Shown here in pieces: positions 1-11,662 of a stretch of 64,000 nucleotides of DNA. The notes beneath the pieces were generated by a model. The model had not been told where the DNA came from. It ran no database searches and saw only the letters and a program-made list of their open reading frames with translations. Positions within the stretch are counted from its first letter, which is position 1, and every line of letters starts with the position of its first letter. The stretch is from Octopus sinensis. Lineage: Eukaryota. Where the stretch lies: the NCBI RefSeq assembly GCF_006345805.1, contig NC_043005.1, forward strand, positions 30,318,001 through 30,382,000. The letters are read 5' to 3'. A program made the position numbers and the translations under genes.

Positions 1-1244
1 TTGGTAACTAATTGTATAATAAACAACCGTCTCTGATAGTTTAGTATTCATGAAGCTTTATCAACATCCACAGTAATTACACTAAATTACATAATTGTGG
101 TTTGGTAAATAATCCTGAAAGGCTCTTCAGGTGCGCCTCAGGTGTGCCATAGGTGTGACTCAAATGCATTTTATCCAGTTGAACACAAAACACAGTCGAT
201 CTGATATACATGTAAATACTTGTAAATGCATATCAGTACAGGCGAACGCATATTGCTATGCCTGCTTAAGCAAGTGTGTATGTAAATATACACTTCTACA
301 TATGGATTATTACATTGTAAAATGGCGATTATGCTGTGTCAGTCCTTATCGGACATTCTTATATTTCCGGTTGAAGTCTTTTGCCTGTTGGTTCAGCTAT
401 AATCTATAGATTAGTTTAATCAATAGATTGGTTAATTAGTGTTGCCATTGGGAATTATAAGTGGATGACAGATGCGTCTCAGTGGGGGCCAAACCCTAAC
501 CCTTATCTCTATCACAGTTACTACAAGATTCAGTTCTAGCTCCAATATTGATTTTCTTATCTCTAGGACTCTACTTGAGTAAACTCATTTCAGATTATTT
601 CTAGTACTAATTGGTCATGGGCAGATCATCCTCCCCCTCATCATCATCATCCCCCTCATCATCATCGTCATCATCATCATCATTGTCATCATCATTGCTA
701 TTACTTAGTGTCTGTATTCTATGCTGGCATGGGTCAGATGGTTTGACAGCATCCAGCATGTCAGAGGAGAACATCAAGCTCCAATGTCTGTTTCCGCATG
801 GCTTTTTTCTTTTCGGTTGGATGCCCTTTCTATTGCCAACCAACTTACTGAATATTCTTGGTGTTTTATTTCATTGCACTAGCTCTAGTGAGGTCAACAA
901 GTAGCTTCCATGACAAGACTCTTTGATTGAGTGAGGCATAGAAGGCCCTGAGAAGCGAGAGGAATAGGAGAGCAAGGAATAGGAACAGGTGTCATGCTCT
1001 ATTAAAGGGGAGAGATGGCTGCTCCGGCTGGAAAAGAAGCAAAGAAGATGGTGTCGATGAGGTGTCAGGGTATACACCTCAAGGCACAAGAGGGTAAATG
1101 TGAGGGTAATGGAAACAGAGGATGTTGACTTTCAAGACATTTTAGCAATGGACACATAGTGAAGATCTTCACATATATAGCCACAAATGAGTAAACTGAA
1201 ATCTAAGTATATAATATCATCATCATCATCATCAGCATCATCAT

Positions 1245-1700
1245 CGTCATTGTCGTTTAACATCCACTTTCCATGCTGGCATGGGTTGGATGATTTAACT
1301 GGGGTCTGGCAAGCCAGTAGGCTGCACCAGGCTCCAGTCTGATGTGGCAAAGTTTCTACAGCTGGATGCCCTTCCTAACACCAACCACTCCGAGAGTGTA
1401 GTGGGTGCTTTTTACATGCTACCAGTACAGGGACCAGTCCGCTGGCACTGGCAACGACCAAACTCAAATGGTGCTTTTTGCATTCCACTGGCACGGAAGT
1501 CAGTCAGGCAGCACTGGCAACGATCATGCTTGAATGGTGCTTGTTATGTGCCACTGGCACAGGACCAGTCAGCCGCCACTGGCATCGACCATGCTCAAAT
1601 GGTGCTTTTTACATGCCACTGGCATGGGGACCAGTCAGGTGGCACTGGCAATGATCACACTTGAGTGGTGCTTTTTACATGCCACCACTGCGGTATCAAT
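1245..1700 (-). mobile_element. RTE 3'-end-derived repeat (family 3) with four ~65-bp tandem units
   Basis: Shares GTTAGGAAGGGCATCCAGC..CCAACCCATGCCAGCATGGAAAG..GATGAT with the RTE 3' UTR at 46450-46630. Confidence 0.8.
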
Positions 1701-1918
1701 CAGGTGGTACTATCATTGACCATTATACCTAACACATTCATATACACTTGGAAGTAGGGAGACTTTCAATGTGTAAATGATCTCAGAAGAAAGTTATCCC
1801 CATAGACAATACGTGTGAAAATATGTTGTGGACAGGTGTATTATCAAAGTCAGCTTAAGCTATATTTTAATATTAAACATATGCAGAAGAATACAGTTCT
1901 ATATTTAAGAGATGAGGA

Positions 1919-2070
1919 ATTATTTACATTATTTACATTTGACAGATATTTGTCCTCATCTTGTTTGTTGTTAACACAATGTTTCAGCTGATATACCCTC
2001 CAGCCTTCATAAGGTGTCTTGGGGAAATTTTGAACCTGGGTTCTCATTCCTAAGGTATTTTTCCAATGTA
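1919..2070 (-). mobile_element. Headless inverted copy of hammerhead-bearing repeat A
   Basis: Reverse complement of 2247-2397; contains the decayed core GACAC-CTTATGA-AGGCTG..CAGCT-GAAA-CA-TT-GTGTT. Confidence 0.8.
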
Positions 2071-2092
2071 ATTATTATTATTATTATTATTA

Positions 2093-2176
2093 TACCCACA
2101 GGCATATGGCGTAGTGGTTAACAGCGTGGGCTACTAACCCCAAGATCCCAAGTTCGATTCCAGGCAGTGACCTGAA

Positions 2177-2217
<41 letters not shown>

Positions 2218-2397
2218 ATAACAATAATATTAATAATAACATTGATAAATACCTTAGGAATGGGAACCCAGGTTCGAAATTTCCCCAAGACACCTGAAGA
2301 AAACTGGAGGGTATATCAGCCGAAACGTTGAGTTAACAACAAACAAGATGAGGACAAATATTCGTCAAATGTAAATAATGTAAATAATGTAAATAAT
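2093..2397 (+). mobile_element. tRNA-derived SINE-like element with hammerhead-bearing 3' body
   Basis: A box TGGCGTAGTGG (2107), B box GTTCGATTCC (2152), (AGT)n/(AAT)n spacer, body with hammerhead-like core, (GTAAATAAT)n tail. Confidence 0.75.
2289..2334 (+). ncRNA. Minimal type I hammerhead ribozyme-like motif (degenerate)
   Basis: GACAC-CTGAAGA-AAACTG-GAGGGTATAT-CAGCC-GAAA-CG-TT-GAGTT; the consensus with the inverted copy restores all stems. Confidence 0.6.
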
Positions 2398-2849
2398 ATA
2401 TACAGAATCACTCCGAATATCTAGCTACAATCAGAGTGGAGTTTAATGTTTCAGATGAGCTCAAGACAATCAGGTAACAACAGAAGCAGTTGAGTGTCCA
2501 GTATTTAGGGACTAATCTTAACATTCTGAGTTTCAAATCTGGCAAGTTCAAGTTCCACTTGGCTGTTCATAGCCGCAGGGTCCACTAAAGTAATGCTTAT
2601 ATGCTGTAAACAACCCGTGTGCTCAGCCTGTAGAAAGCAAGATGTGTGCAAGTCTATTACATCAACCCCAGTAGTCAACTGGTACTTATTTTAATGAGCT
2701 CAAAAATGTCAATAAATCAAGCACCAGTTGAGAATGAAAGGTAAAGTCAACCTCGACAGAATTTGAACTTAAAATGTAAAGATAGATGCAAAGCTGCCGG
2801 GACGACGACGATGACGACGATGAGGATGATGATGATGATGATGATGATG

Positions 2850-2962
2850 ATAGACCAGACATCATATTCAAAGACTTCAGACAAAAATCATGCCTCCTCA
2901 TTGATATGACTGTCCCAATTGACATAAATGTATCTGTCAAGACCTACCAAAAACTGAGCAAG
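2850..2962 (+). mobile_element. R4/Dong-type REL endonuclease fragment
   Basis: RPDIIFKDFRQKSCLLIDMTVPIDINVSVKTYQKLSKY between (GAT)n and (CATA)n tracts. Confidence 0.65.
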
Positions 2963-3036
2963 TATACATACATACATACATACATACATACAAACATACA
3001 TACATACATACATACATACATACATACAAACATACA

Positions 3037-3069
<33 letters not shown>

Positions 3070-3902
3070 GTTGAACCATTAATCCCTACGTATTTTTTTC
3101 TCTCTCCATTTTTTTCCTCTCAATCCTTTCTATCAAAGAGCCTAGACTCAAAACATCAAAGACTTTTCCATTTCTCCCCAGGTGTTAAACTAATACACCT
3201 CCTCATTCCCTCACCTGTCTTCATCTTTTGTTTTCTGTAAATTTGAGAACATAATTTCACTCAAGTGGTGGTACTACAAAAGCACATCGGGGACACTCTG
3301 TAAAGTGGTAGATATTAGAAAGGGCATCTAACTATAAAAACCAAGCTGAACACTCAACGTCAAACAATGGAAACAGGTGAAAAGGAAATTTTTTCCAAAA
3401 AACAAAGATATCAATCTTCAGGAATATAAGATGGCACAAATGGAGATGAACTTAGAGCCACTGTTCTTCAGATATAAAAAAGATAAACAGACAAAATTCT
3501 GTACCTCTAGTGCCACAGAACTGCCCCACTTCCCCCGGTAGTTAGAATGATACAAATATAGCTAGATTCAGAATAAAAACAGCACACAAAAGATAAATTA
3601 CTTGTAAAATTAAGACATTGTACCTAACTTAAAAAAGAATGTTTCAAAAAATACCTACTGGTGCCTTCAGTTACACTTAAATACAATTTAAGAAATGATT
3701 AAGTGAACAGACTCATGGTGTTTCCAAACTAAACCTGGTCAGATAAACTTTCATGTTTTATTTTAAAAATTTATATCTTGTTTTAATTACTGGGTTTTAT
3801 ATATTTCCAAGCAAATATGTGTGTGTGTGTGTGTGTGTGTGTGAGTGAGTGAGTATATATATATGTATGTGTGTATGTGTGTGTATGTACATACACACAC
3901 AC

Positions 3903-3939
<37 letters not shown>

Positions 3940-4633
3940 CACATATATATATACATATATATATGTATATAAATATAGGCATGCATGTGTGTGGTGGTGG
4001 AGGGGTTCGTGTTTGTGTACCTTCAAAATTCTTAATAAATCCTTCCATATATTTGTATGACATCTCTTCGTCCCCTGTCCCCTTTGAAATTTGTAAACTT
4101 CTTTTTCCCACTCCACATTATCCGTTCTTCGACAGAAAGGAATACAGAAATAAACAGGAAGAGAAAATAGAAAAGGTTTGATGTTACTCTCAGATCCTGT
4201 CAAGCACTCTCGCTCATGCCAGTCAGATCCTATCAAACCATCCAACCCATGCCAGCATGGACTGTAGGTATTAAATGATGATGATGATGATGATGTACGT
4301 ATGTATGTATGTATGTATGTATGTATGTATGTGTGTATGTATGTATGTATGTATGTAATGTAGGTCAGTAGGTGAGTAATGTCGGTTGATGGGTAAGTGT
4401 GTATGTTTGTGTGTCTGTTGCCGCATATCTTTTTCTATAGATGTGTGTTGAAGTGTGTCTCTGTGTCAAGCTGAACCAGTGTGTTGTCAAAGCAATTTTA
4501 TCGGTTGCTAGAATATACACATTGAAGTTTGTATATTCAGCAGAAGCATGCATGATTGAGCAGGATGTGTGCAAATGTTTTATAACAGTGTTGGAGGTAA
4601 TGAAAAATGCATGGACATAGAAAAGAAAATTAA

Positions 4634-4665
<32 letters not shown>

Positions 4666-5031
4666 TGAGAGAGAGAGAGGGAGAAGAGAAAGCTGTGTGA
4701 AGAGAGAGAGGAGGTTAAGAGAGAAATATAAAGAGAGATTTAAAGGGAAGAAGACAGAGTGAAGGAGAGAGAGAGAGAAAGAGAAAGTGAGAGTGAGAGA
4801 GAGGGGGAGGCTGATGGGATTCTCTAATGATATAAATGTCTTAAGAGAAGTGAACTGTATTGTTTCACTGTGGAATCTTCATTCCCTGAGCAGTTGTGAC
4901 ACCATTCAGTCTCCTCGTGTCCATCATCCATCAACAGTGAAATACTAACGAAGAGGATATATCTACAACATAAGTATCAAGATCAATTTCAAGAAGTTTA
5001 ATATCTATCTTAGTAAGATTCAAGACCTGGT

Positions 5032-5126
5032 TATATAAAGCGGCCCTTCCAGTGCTTTCAGTCAGGAGATATTTCATTCTTCTGGGAAGACAAGATTGCC
5101 TCAGTGCTATGTTTTATGGAATGAAG
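5032..5126 (+). promoter_or_regulatory. Candidate TATA+Inr core promoter and short first exon (MFYGMK)
   Basis: TATATAAAG at 5032, Inr-like TCAGTC with A at 5060 (-28 spacing), ATG at 5109, phase-0 donor AAG|GTAACA at 5126/5127. Confidence 0.35.
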
Positions 5127-5194
5127 GTAACATTCTAAGATGCTGTTGTTGTTGTTGTTGTTGTTATTGTTTGTTATTTTTTCTAATGTACAGG

Positions 5195-5391
5195 CACAAC
5201 ACACACGCACACGTGCATACATATACACTCACACACACACACACGCACACTCACACACACTCTCTCTCACACACACACACACAATCTTTCTCTCTCTCTC
5301 TCTCACACACACACTCACACGCACTCACACACACACACACACACACACACAATCTTTCTCTCTCTCTCTCTCACACACACACTCACACGCA

Positions 5392-5425
<34 letters not shown>

Positions 5426-5440
5426 TGTACATATACATAT
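5195..5440. repeat. Compound (CA)n/(CT)n tract with an internal higher-order duplication
   Basis: Block ACAATCTTTCTCTC..CACTCACACGCACTC occurs twice (~5280 and ~5348). Confidence 0.85.
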
Positions 5441-5466
5441 AAACATACAGTTATCCAGGGTGACCG

Positions 5467-5565
5467 GGAAATTTCACCATGGAAAATTCCACTAGGTAAA
5501 TTTCACTATAGGTAAATTCCACCACGGTGTACTCCACTATAGTAAATTTCACCATAGGTGAAATT
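5467..5565. repeat. ~15-bp tandem repeat (GGTAAATTTCACCAT), about 7 units
   Basis: Visible periodicity. Confidence 0.8.
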
Positions 5566-5597
5566 ATTATCATCATCATCATCATCATCATCATCAC

Positions 5598-5659
<62 letters not shown>

Positions 5660-5662
<3 letters not shown>

Positions 5663-5880
5663 GGGTTACGATATTATTGAAATAAAAAAAGAATACATAA
5701 AGCATAATATCAATAATGTCAATGAGTACAAAAGATACGAGGGAGAAAAAATAATTAAGGAACAATCACAGAAAGAAATACATGGTGAATTCTTTAAACA
5801 CCTGAATGAAGAAGCAGTATCAAAAAGATACTCATTGAAATTTATAAAACAAAGCAAATAGAGACTCGAACATTGCTTAG
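5660..5880 (+). mobile_element. R4/Dong-type post-RT fragment
   Basis: KEIHGEFFKHLNEEAVSKRYSLKFIK resembles the HG.F..L...VD..S..WL motif; starts directly after (ATT)n. Confidence 0.45.
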
Positions 5881-7189
5881 AAAATAATTTTCATTTTTAA
5901 CCTCGTATATAGAACGCTCTAGAGATTTTGTAAAATACGCACTAGGAACTTTATATTCTGATCCCCAATCCCTGTGAGCATGCCCTGGCACTTCACCATC
6001 ATCTCTCTCCTGCTCCCTTGCACTCTTGCTCTCTCCCACTCTCCCTCTTTCTCTTGCTCTCTTCCACTCTCGTACTGACCTCAATCTTGATCACTCTTTC
6101 TCACCCTCTCTCTCTCTCACCATGTATCTCCTCTTCAGCAAGATACCTATTTCTGTCTCTCTGTCACACTCTAACATTTCATCATCTGGCACAAGATCAT
6201 CTCCAGTATCACATCCTCTCTCAAAGGTTCTTTGTCTTGCAAATTACTTGGTGACCCTGCCAGTGCTGGTGCCACATAAAAAGCATTGAGTCCAAACTAT
6301 GAAGTGGTTGACATTTGGAAGGGCATCCAACTGTAAAAACCATGGCAAAACTGACTTTTTCTATGCTGGTGCCATGTAAAAAGCACTCAGTCAACTCCAT
6401 GGAGTGAGTAAAGCTTGATGTAGTCTTCTGCTGAGCCAACCCCTGTCAAACTGGCCAACCCATGCCAGCATGAAAAGCAGACACTAAATGTTGATGATAA
6501 TAATGATAATGATGAGGATGATGATTATGATGATGATGATATATATATATATATGTATGTATGCAAAGTTGTCTAAAATCCATACATCAGAAAGAATAAG
6601 CACTCATATATTTATCGATAGAGTGAGAATGTTAATCAAAGTATACAGTATTATTGATCCATTTCAGCTGATCTTACCAAGTGGTTTCACACAGTGTGAA
6701 GCCATTTGTTAAGATCAGCTATAATGGATCTATAATACTGCATACTATGATTTGTGTGTGTGTGTGTGTATGTGTGTGTGTGTGTGTGTGTAAATATATA
6801 CATGGTTACAGGCAAACATTTATTTCTATTTACATGTGCACATGTATGCATGCGTCCATGCATAATGCATACCCTATTCATGTTGTCAATAGATTCTAAT
6901 GAAAGAGCATTGATTCTGGGCCAGAAACTTTTTCTTTTTTTTTTCACATTGGTGAGACAACAAAAGAAAATAAATATGAAAATTACCTACCTACCCACAT
7001 GTATACATACATACATGATGGCTGCCCCCTTGTTATCGAGTATGGCCATTGCACGAAGTTTAACTGTTATTGGTGCTGTGATCGAATGTGGCTTTTTTGC
7101 CCAGTTAAAGATGTACAGAATTGGCAGCTAAAACCTTTACTGGTAATAGCTGGCTGTAGTTGTAACTGGGTTTCATGTACCTTTGCATG

Positions 7190-7690
7190 TCATTTAAGTC
7201 CTCCTGCCGAATTACACTCTCTTCCACATGCCCAACAGATATGATTAGAATGGTGTGTTACACCACCACTAGTGGTCAGGTTGTCACTCATCTATCTCAC
7301 TTTATGACTACGAAGATGACTCTTGAGTCCAGCTGTACTGAGGCAGGGTCTTGCACAGACACTGCATGTCAGCATCATAAGAAAACCCTTCCCATCTGGA
7401 AGTGTAACAGCGATGCCCTTCCTGATATCACTCCTTACTTTCTCATGCGCAACTCGAGATTTCTCAAAAGTAGCTGTCCCCTCATGCACAATCCTTCTCC
7501 ACCTGCTACGATCAATAGCTATGCCCTCCCATGTGTCAGGAGAGATGCAAGCATCTCTTAAGGAAGCCTTCAGTAAGTCCTTATACCTCTTTTTTGGTTT
7601 ATGTGGAGGTTGTTCTCCTTTAGCTAACTCTCAATAAAAGAGTTGTTTTGGCATCCTTGAATCCTTCATTCTGACCAGATGACCACTCCA
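7190..7690 (-). mobile_element. RTE (BovB-like) LINE C-terminal remnant with C2H2-like knuckles
   Basis: CSVCARPCLSTAGLKSHLRSH in ORF 7292..7489; a second decayed C..C...H motif downstream; upstream GQ.ERFKD-like motif. Confidence 0.6.
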
Positions 7691-8005
7691 TCTGAGCCTT
7701 TACTTTTACATACATACATACATACACACACACATACACGCACATGAATATCTGCATACATACCTATCTACATTTCAACATACATACATACATACCTACG
7801 TACATACACACATACATCAATGCACGTGTCTGTGTACACACATGCATATATATATATAGCTGTAGAAACTCTGCCAGGTTAGGTTGGAGCCTGGTGCAGC
7901 CATCTGGTTCGCCAGTCCCCAGTCCAATCGTCCAACTCATGCTAGCATGGAAAGCGGACATTAAACGATGATGATGGTGATGATGATGATGATTATATAT
8001 ATATA

Positions 8006-8830
8006 CTAGCAGAGATACCCAGCGTTGCCCGTGTTACATGCAATTGAAGAATTAGACTTTTCTGTTATATTTTCTGTAATGAACTGTAATATCTATGTTT
8101 CGAATTTCATCAAAATTGCTGATGAGGGTTATTTTCCTCTTTACAAACCCTGAAAATATTGTAATCGTGCTACATGTATCCCATACTACTGATTTTTCTG
8201 CGCATATTCCAAAATTCCAGTCTTATTGAACCTGTTAAAAAGATTTTGCTCCTGAAAAATGAAGGTCATGGAGCTCTAAAATGTGAGAGTTAAGGCCCCT
8301 GTTGGGAGTGGGCATCTTAATGTCAACCAGAGAAGTTTAATTGTTGAGAATCTTTTTAACTTGGGTCCTATATCTATTGTTTGAATTTCTTTGAAATAGG
8401 AAATATATGTTCACTGGGTTTGTAAAAGAGAGCAAAGCTACAGGAAACCAAAAGATGAATGATCACAATAAGAAGTCAGCTACCCTACCCTAGTTGTTAC
8501 CACTCCCAATGTAGGATTCCTCACCATCCAGGTGACAGGCACAGCCATAACATGCATTACGAATCTATAGCAATTGGAAGGGTGTGACCCAACTGAAATA
8601 AACATAAACAATTGTATGACGTGAGGGCTAAGAAGAAATGAAAGTGTCACCTCTGGAGTTTGCAAATTACCCCTATACTGATATGGAACTGGACAGAATA
8701 AATTTAAAATCTGTAAATGTCTTTGAATAACCAGTCACTCATCTGGGAAGGCCTTGAAATCAATGTTACCATCTTGGAACTATGTGTGACCCAATGATAA
8801 TAAAATGACTGAAAGGAGGTCTGCAATCAA
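8006..8830 (-). mobile_element. Helitron remnant (3' end and decayed PIF1 helicase C-terminus)
   Basis: The - strand ends CACGGGCAACGCTGGGTATCTCTG-CTAG|T (decayed hairpin plus CTAG); HTIVYVYFSWVT resembles the PIF1 HGQLYVAFSRV motif. Confidence 0.55.
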
Positions 8831-8849
8831 ATAACTTTACTCAATACCT

Positions 8850-9375
8850 TGCAACTGAATCACCTTCTTCATTTTCCATAGCCGGGCTATTTCGTATTTA
8901 AGAGGGTTGTGTCTATCCATTTTCTTCACTTCATTCTTGACTATTCATGGGTCAAAGGGGCATGCAACATCAACTATACTGTACATATGATGCTGCTTGT
9001 CCACCACCACTAGGGCCAGTCTGTTATGCTTTAGCACCTGATCTGTTTGGATTGAGAAATCCCAGAAGATTTTACTAGTCTCTGACTCCACCATCCTCTG
9101 CAATTTGTGCTCATACCACATCTTACCTCTGTCTAGTCTCCACTTTTTGCACAGTTTCCAATGGAGCACTTTCACTACCTGGTCATGTTGCTACAACTTG
9201 TAGTGGTTTGGGGCAAGTCCAGAGTATTCGTTTGTGATATGGGCAATGGTTTCATCCACTCTATTGCAGATGTGGCACAGCAGAGACACTTGTTCATTGC
9301 TAAGGCTGATCCCTCCCCAGTTCGTGGCCAAAGTTTGGTCTTGCATTGCCAGTATATAATGCTCTCGGTCTCTTT
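8850..9375 (-). mobile_element. R4/Dong-type LINE fragment (zinc knuckle plus REL endonuclease)
   Basis: CHICNRVDETIAHI; LHWKLCKKW; IFWDFSIQTD; VDVACPFD. Confidence 0.8.
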
Positions 9376-9607
9376 TTTTTAGGGTTCCTTTCATCAGCCA
9401 ACCCCCACCTATGTGGGAGTTTAATGGGTTTAATGTTAGAGTCGAACCTGAATGGTTTGTTATACATCAAATGCATCCTATCTTATGTATTTACATACAT
9501 ACATAGGTGCATGGATGCATACATACACACATACATATGTACATACATATATGCATATATACATACATACTTACATACATGCATGCATACAACATGCATA
9601 CATACAT

Positions 9608-11005
9608 ATGGAAAACTGCCAGTGTCATTCCTCTGTTCAAAAAGGGCGACCGCACATCACCTGTCAACTATCGCCCAGTCAGTCTCACTAGCTGTATTGC
9701 AAAACTGATGGAATCGTGTGTCAGAGAAACACTCTGGAACTTCTGGAGCTCTCACAGTCTCATCCGACCCTCACAATATGGATTTGTCCCTAACTCCAGC
9801 TGCAGTGATCAGCTCGTCAAGTTCCTTGAGGACATTACTCAGATCACTGACAGTGGCTCATGGGTGGATGTTGTCTACCTTGACTTTGCTAAGGCTTTCA
9901 ACTCTGTGCCACACAAAAGGCTTATGGTGAAACTCTCTGCAATGGGTGTGAGTGATGACCTTTTTAACTGGTTGAAATCCTTCATTCTCAGCCAAAAGGA
10001 GGTAGTCACAGTTCTAGGACAGCATTCTACACCATATGAGATGTCATCGGGTGTACCACAGGGATCTGTCCTTGGTTCTCTCTTGTTTGTGGCATACATT
10101 AATGACATAGATGTCAATTTAAAGAATGCCACAGTATTGAAATATGCAGACGACATCAAGCTGTACCTTGAAATCAAGAGGACAGATCCTGATGTCTACA
10201 ACTCTTTCTTGCAATCAGACCTAGACACAATGCAGCAATGGATCACTGACTGGCAACTGAAACTGGCTGTGGACAAGTGTACAACCATGCATTTTGGGAG
10301 AAAAAACCCTGCGTCCACATACTCCCCTCCACAACACTGATATCAAGAAATCCTCTTGCGAGTGTGACCTAGGCATCACTGTCAGCAGTGATTTGCGTTG
10401 GACAAAGCATATCTCTAAAATTGTCAAGAAGGCCGAGGGTGTCTTGGCATCACTCAGCAAGACTTTTGTTAGCCGCTCTCCAGCCATCTATTTAAAACTG
10501 TATACAGCTATGGTACGACCACACTTGGAATTCGCATCATCAGTTTGGAACCCCTATCTTGCTCAGAACATTGACCTCCTGGAATCTGTCCAGAGACGTG
10601 CAACCAAACGCATACCCTCCATCAGACACCTACCATATTCTGAGTGCCTTGTTTCCCTGGGCATGGATTCACTGAAGCTCCGGCGTCTGGCGACGGACTT
10701 GGTAAACACCCACAAAGTTATCAACCACCTCACCAACAACAACACTGAACACCTTTTTGATCTCCATGTGTCTAACACACGTGGACATGCCTACAAAGTC
10801 AGAAAACAACACAACTCCCATGACTTTCGGAAACATTTTTTCATGCTCAGAGTTGCTGAAGCTTGGAATAAACTGCCTGCACCAGTTGTTGACTGCCATG
10901 GCACTGCATCCTTTAAGGCCCTCATGCTTTCCGAAATCCGCCGAAACTACACCTGATTATATATACACTTTAGATGAGTTGTAGTGCACCTGAGCACTGT
11001 ACACA

Positions 11006-11048
<43 letters not shown>

Positions 11049-11062
11049 TATTATTATTATTA
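9608..11062 (+). mobile_element. CR1-clade LINE, 5'-truncated, RT domain with one frameshift, (ATT)n tail
   Basis: ORFs 9507..10340 (NYRPVSLTS, LDFAKAF, GVPQGSVLG, YADD) and 10294..10956 (VRPHLEFA, LESVQRRATK); extra C at ~10324-10327. Confidence 0.93.
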
Positions 11063-11098
11063 TACATGCATGCACGCACGCACACACACACACACATA

Positions 11099-11135
<37 letters not shown>

Positions 11136-11189
11136 TATTATCTCTCCTTCTTCCTAGCTCTATTATGTGACCCCTCTGTCTGGCATTAA

Positions 11190-11380
11190 CCATGATAGAT
11201 CGCTAGCCATTAAACGTTTTTCTATTTTCTCTCCCAGTTTATTTCTGTGTTCCTTTCTGTTGAAGAGTGTAGGCTCGAAATGTAATAAAACTTTCTCACT
11301 TCCTGAGCATTAAACTAATACATCTGTTTGTTGTTTACACACCTATCTTCATCTTTTTTTTTTTTGTAAATTCTCATCAT
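11190..11380 (+). mobile_element. Short repeat family B copy
   Basis: Aligns by eye to 25160-25352; motif CTTT-CTGTTGA-A-GAGT-GTAG-GCTC-GAAA at 11253-11280. Confidence 0.6.
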
Positions 11381-11419
11381 ATATATATATATATATATAC
11401 TTATATATGTATATACAGG

Positions 11420-11662
11420 TGGCACGTAAAAAAACATTTCGAGCGAGGTCGTTGCCAGTACCGCTAGACTGGCCCTCGTGCCGGTGGCATGTAAAAGCAC
11501 CCTCTACACTCTCAGAGTGGTTGGCATTAGGAAGGGCATCCAGCTGTAGAAACACTGCCAGATCAGATTGGAGCCTGGCGCAGCCATCTGGTTCGCCGGT
11601 CCTCAGTCAAATTGTCCAACCCATGCTAGCATAGAAAGCAAACGTTAAATGATGATGATGAT
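11420..11662 (+). mobile_element. RTE 3'-end-derived repeat (family 3)
   Basis: Same 3' consensus and (GAT)n tail; further copies near 640-850, 4180-4290, 6240-6500, 7860-7990, 13700-13835, 21735-21975, 38460-38580, 39470-39600, 49120-49660, 54420-54600, 55455-55590. Confidence 0.8.

Noticed and set aside
492-503. Telomeric (CCCTAA)n seed, also at 42540-42551
   Set aside because: Only two units; expected by chance.
2101-2173. Functional tRNA gene
   Set aside because: A and B boxes are present, but the acceptor stem does not pair, the anticodon position reads ACT and the sequence runs into a repeat body; treated as a SINE head.
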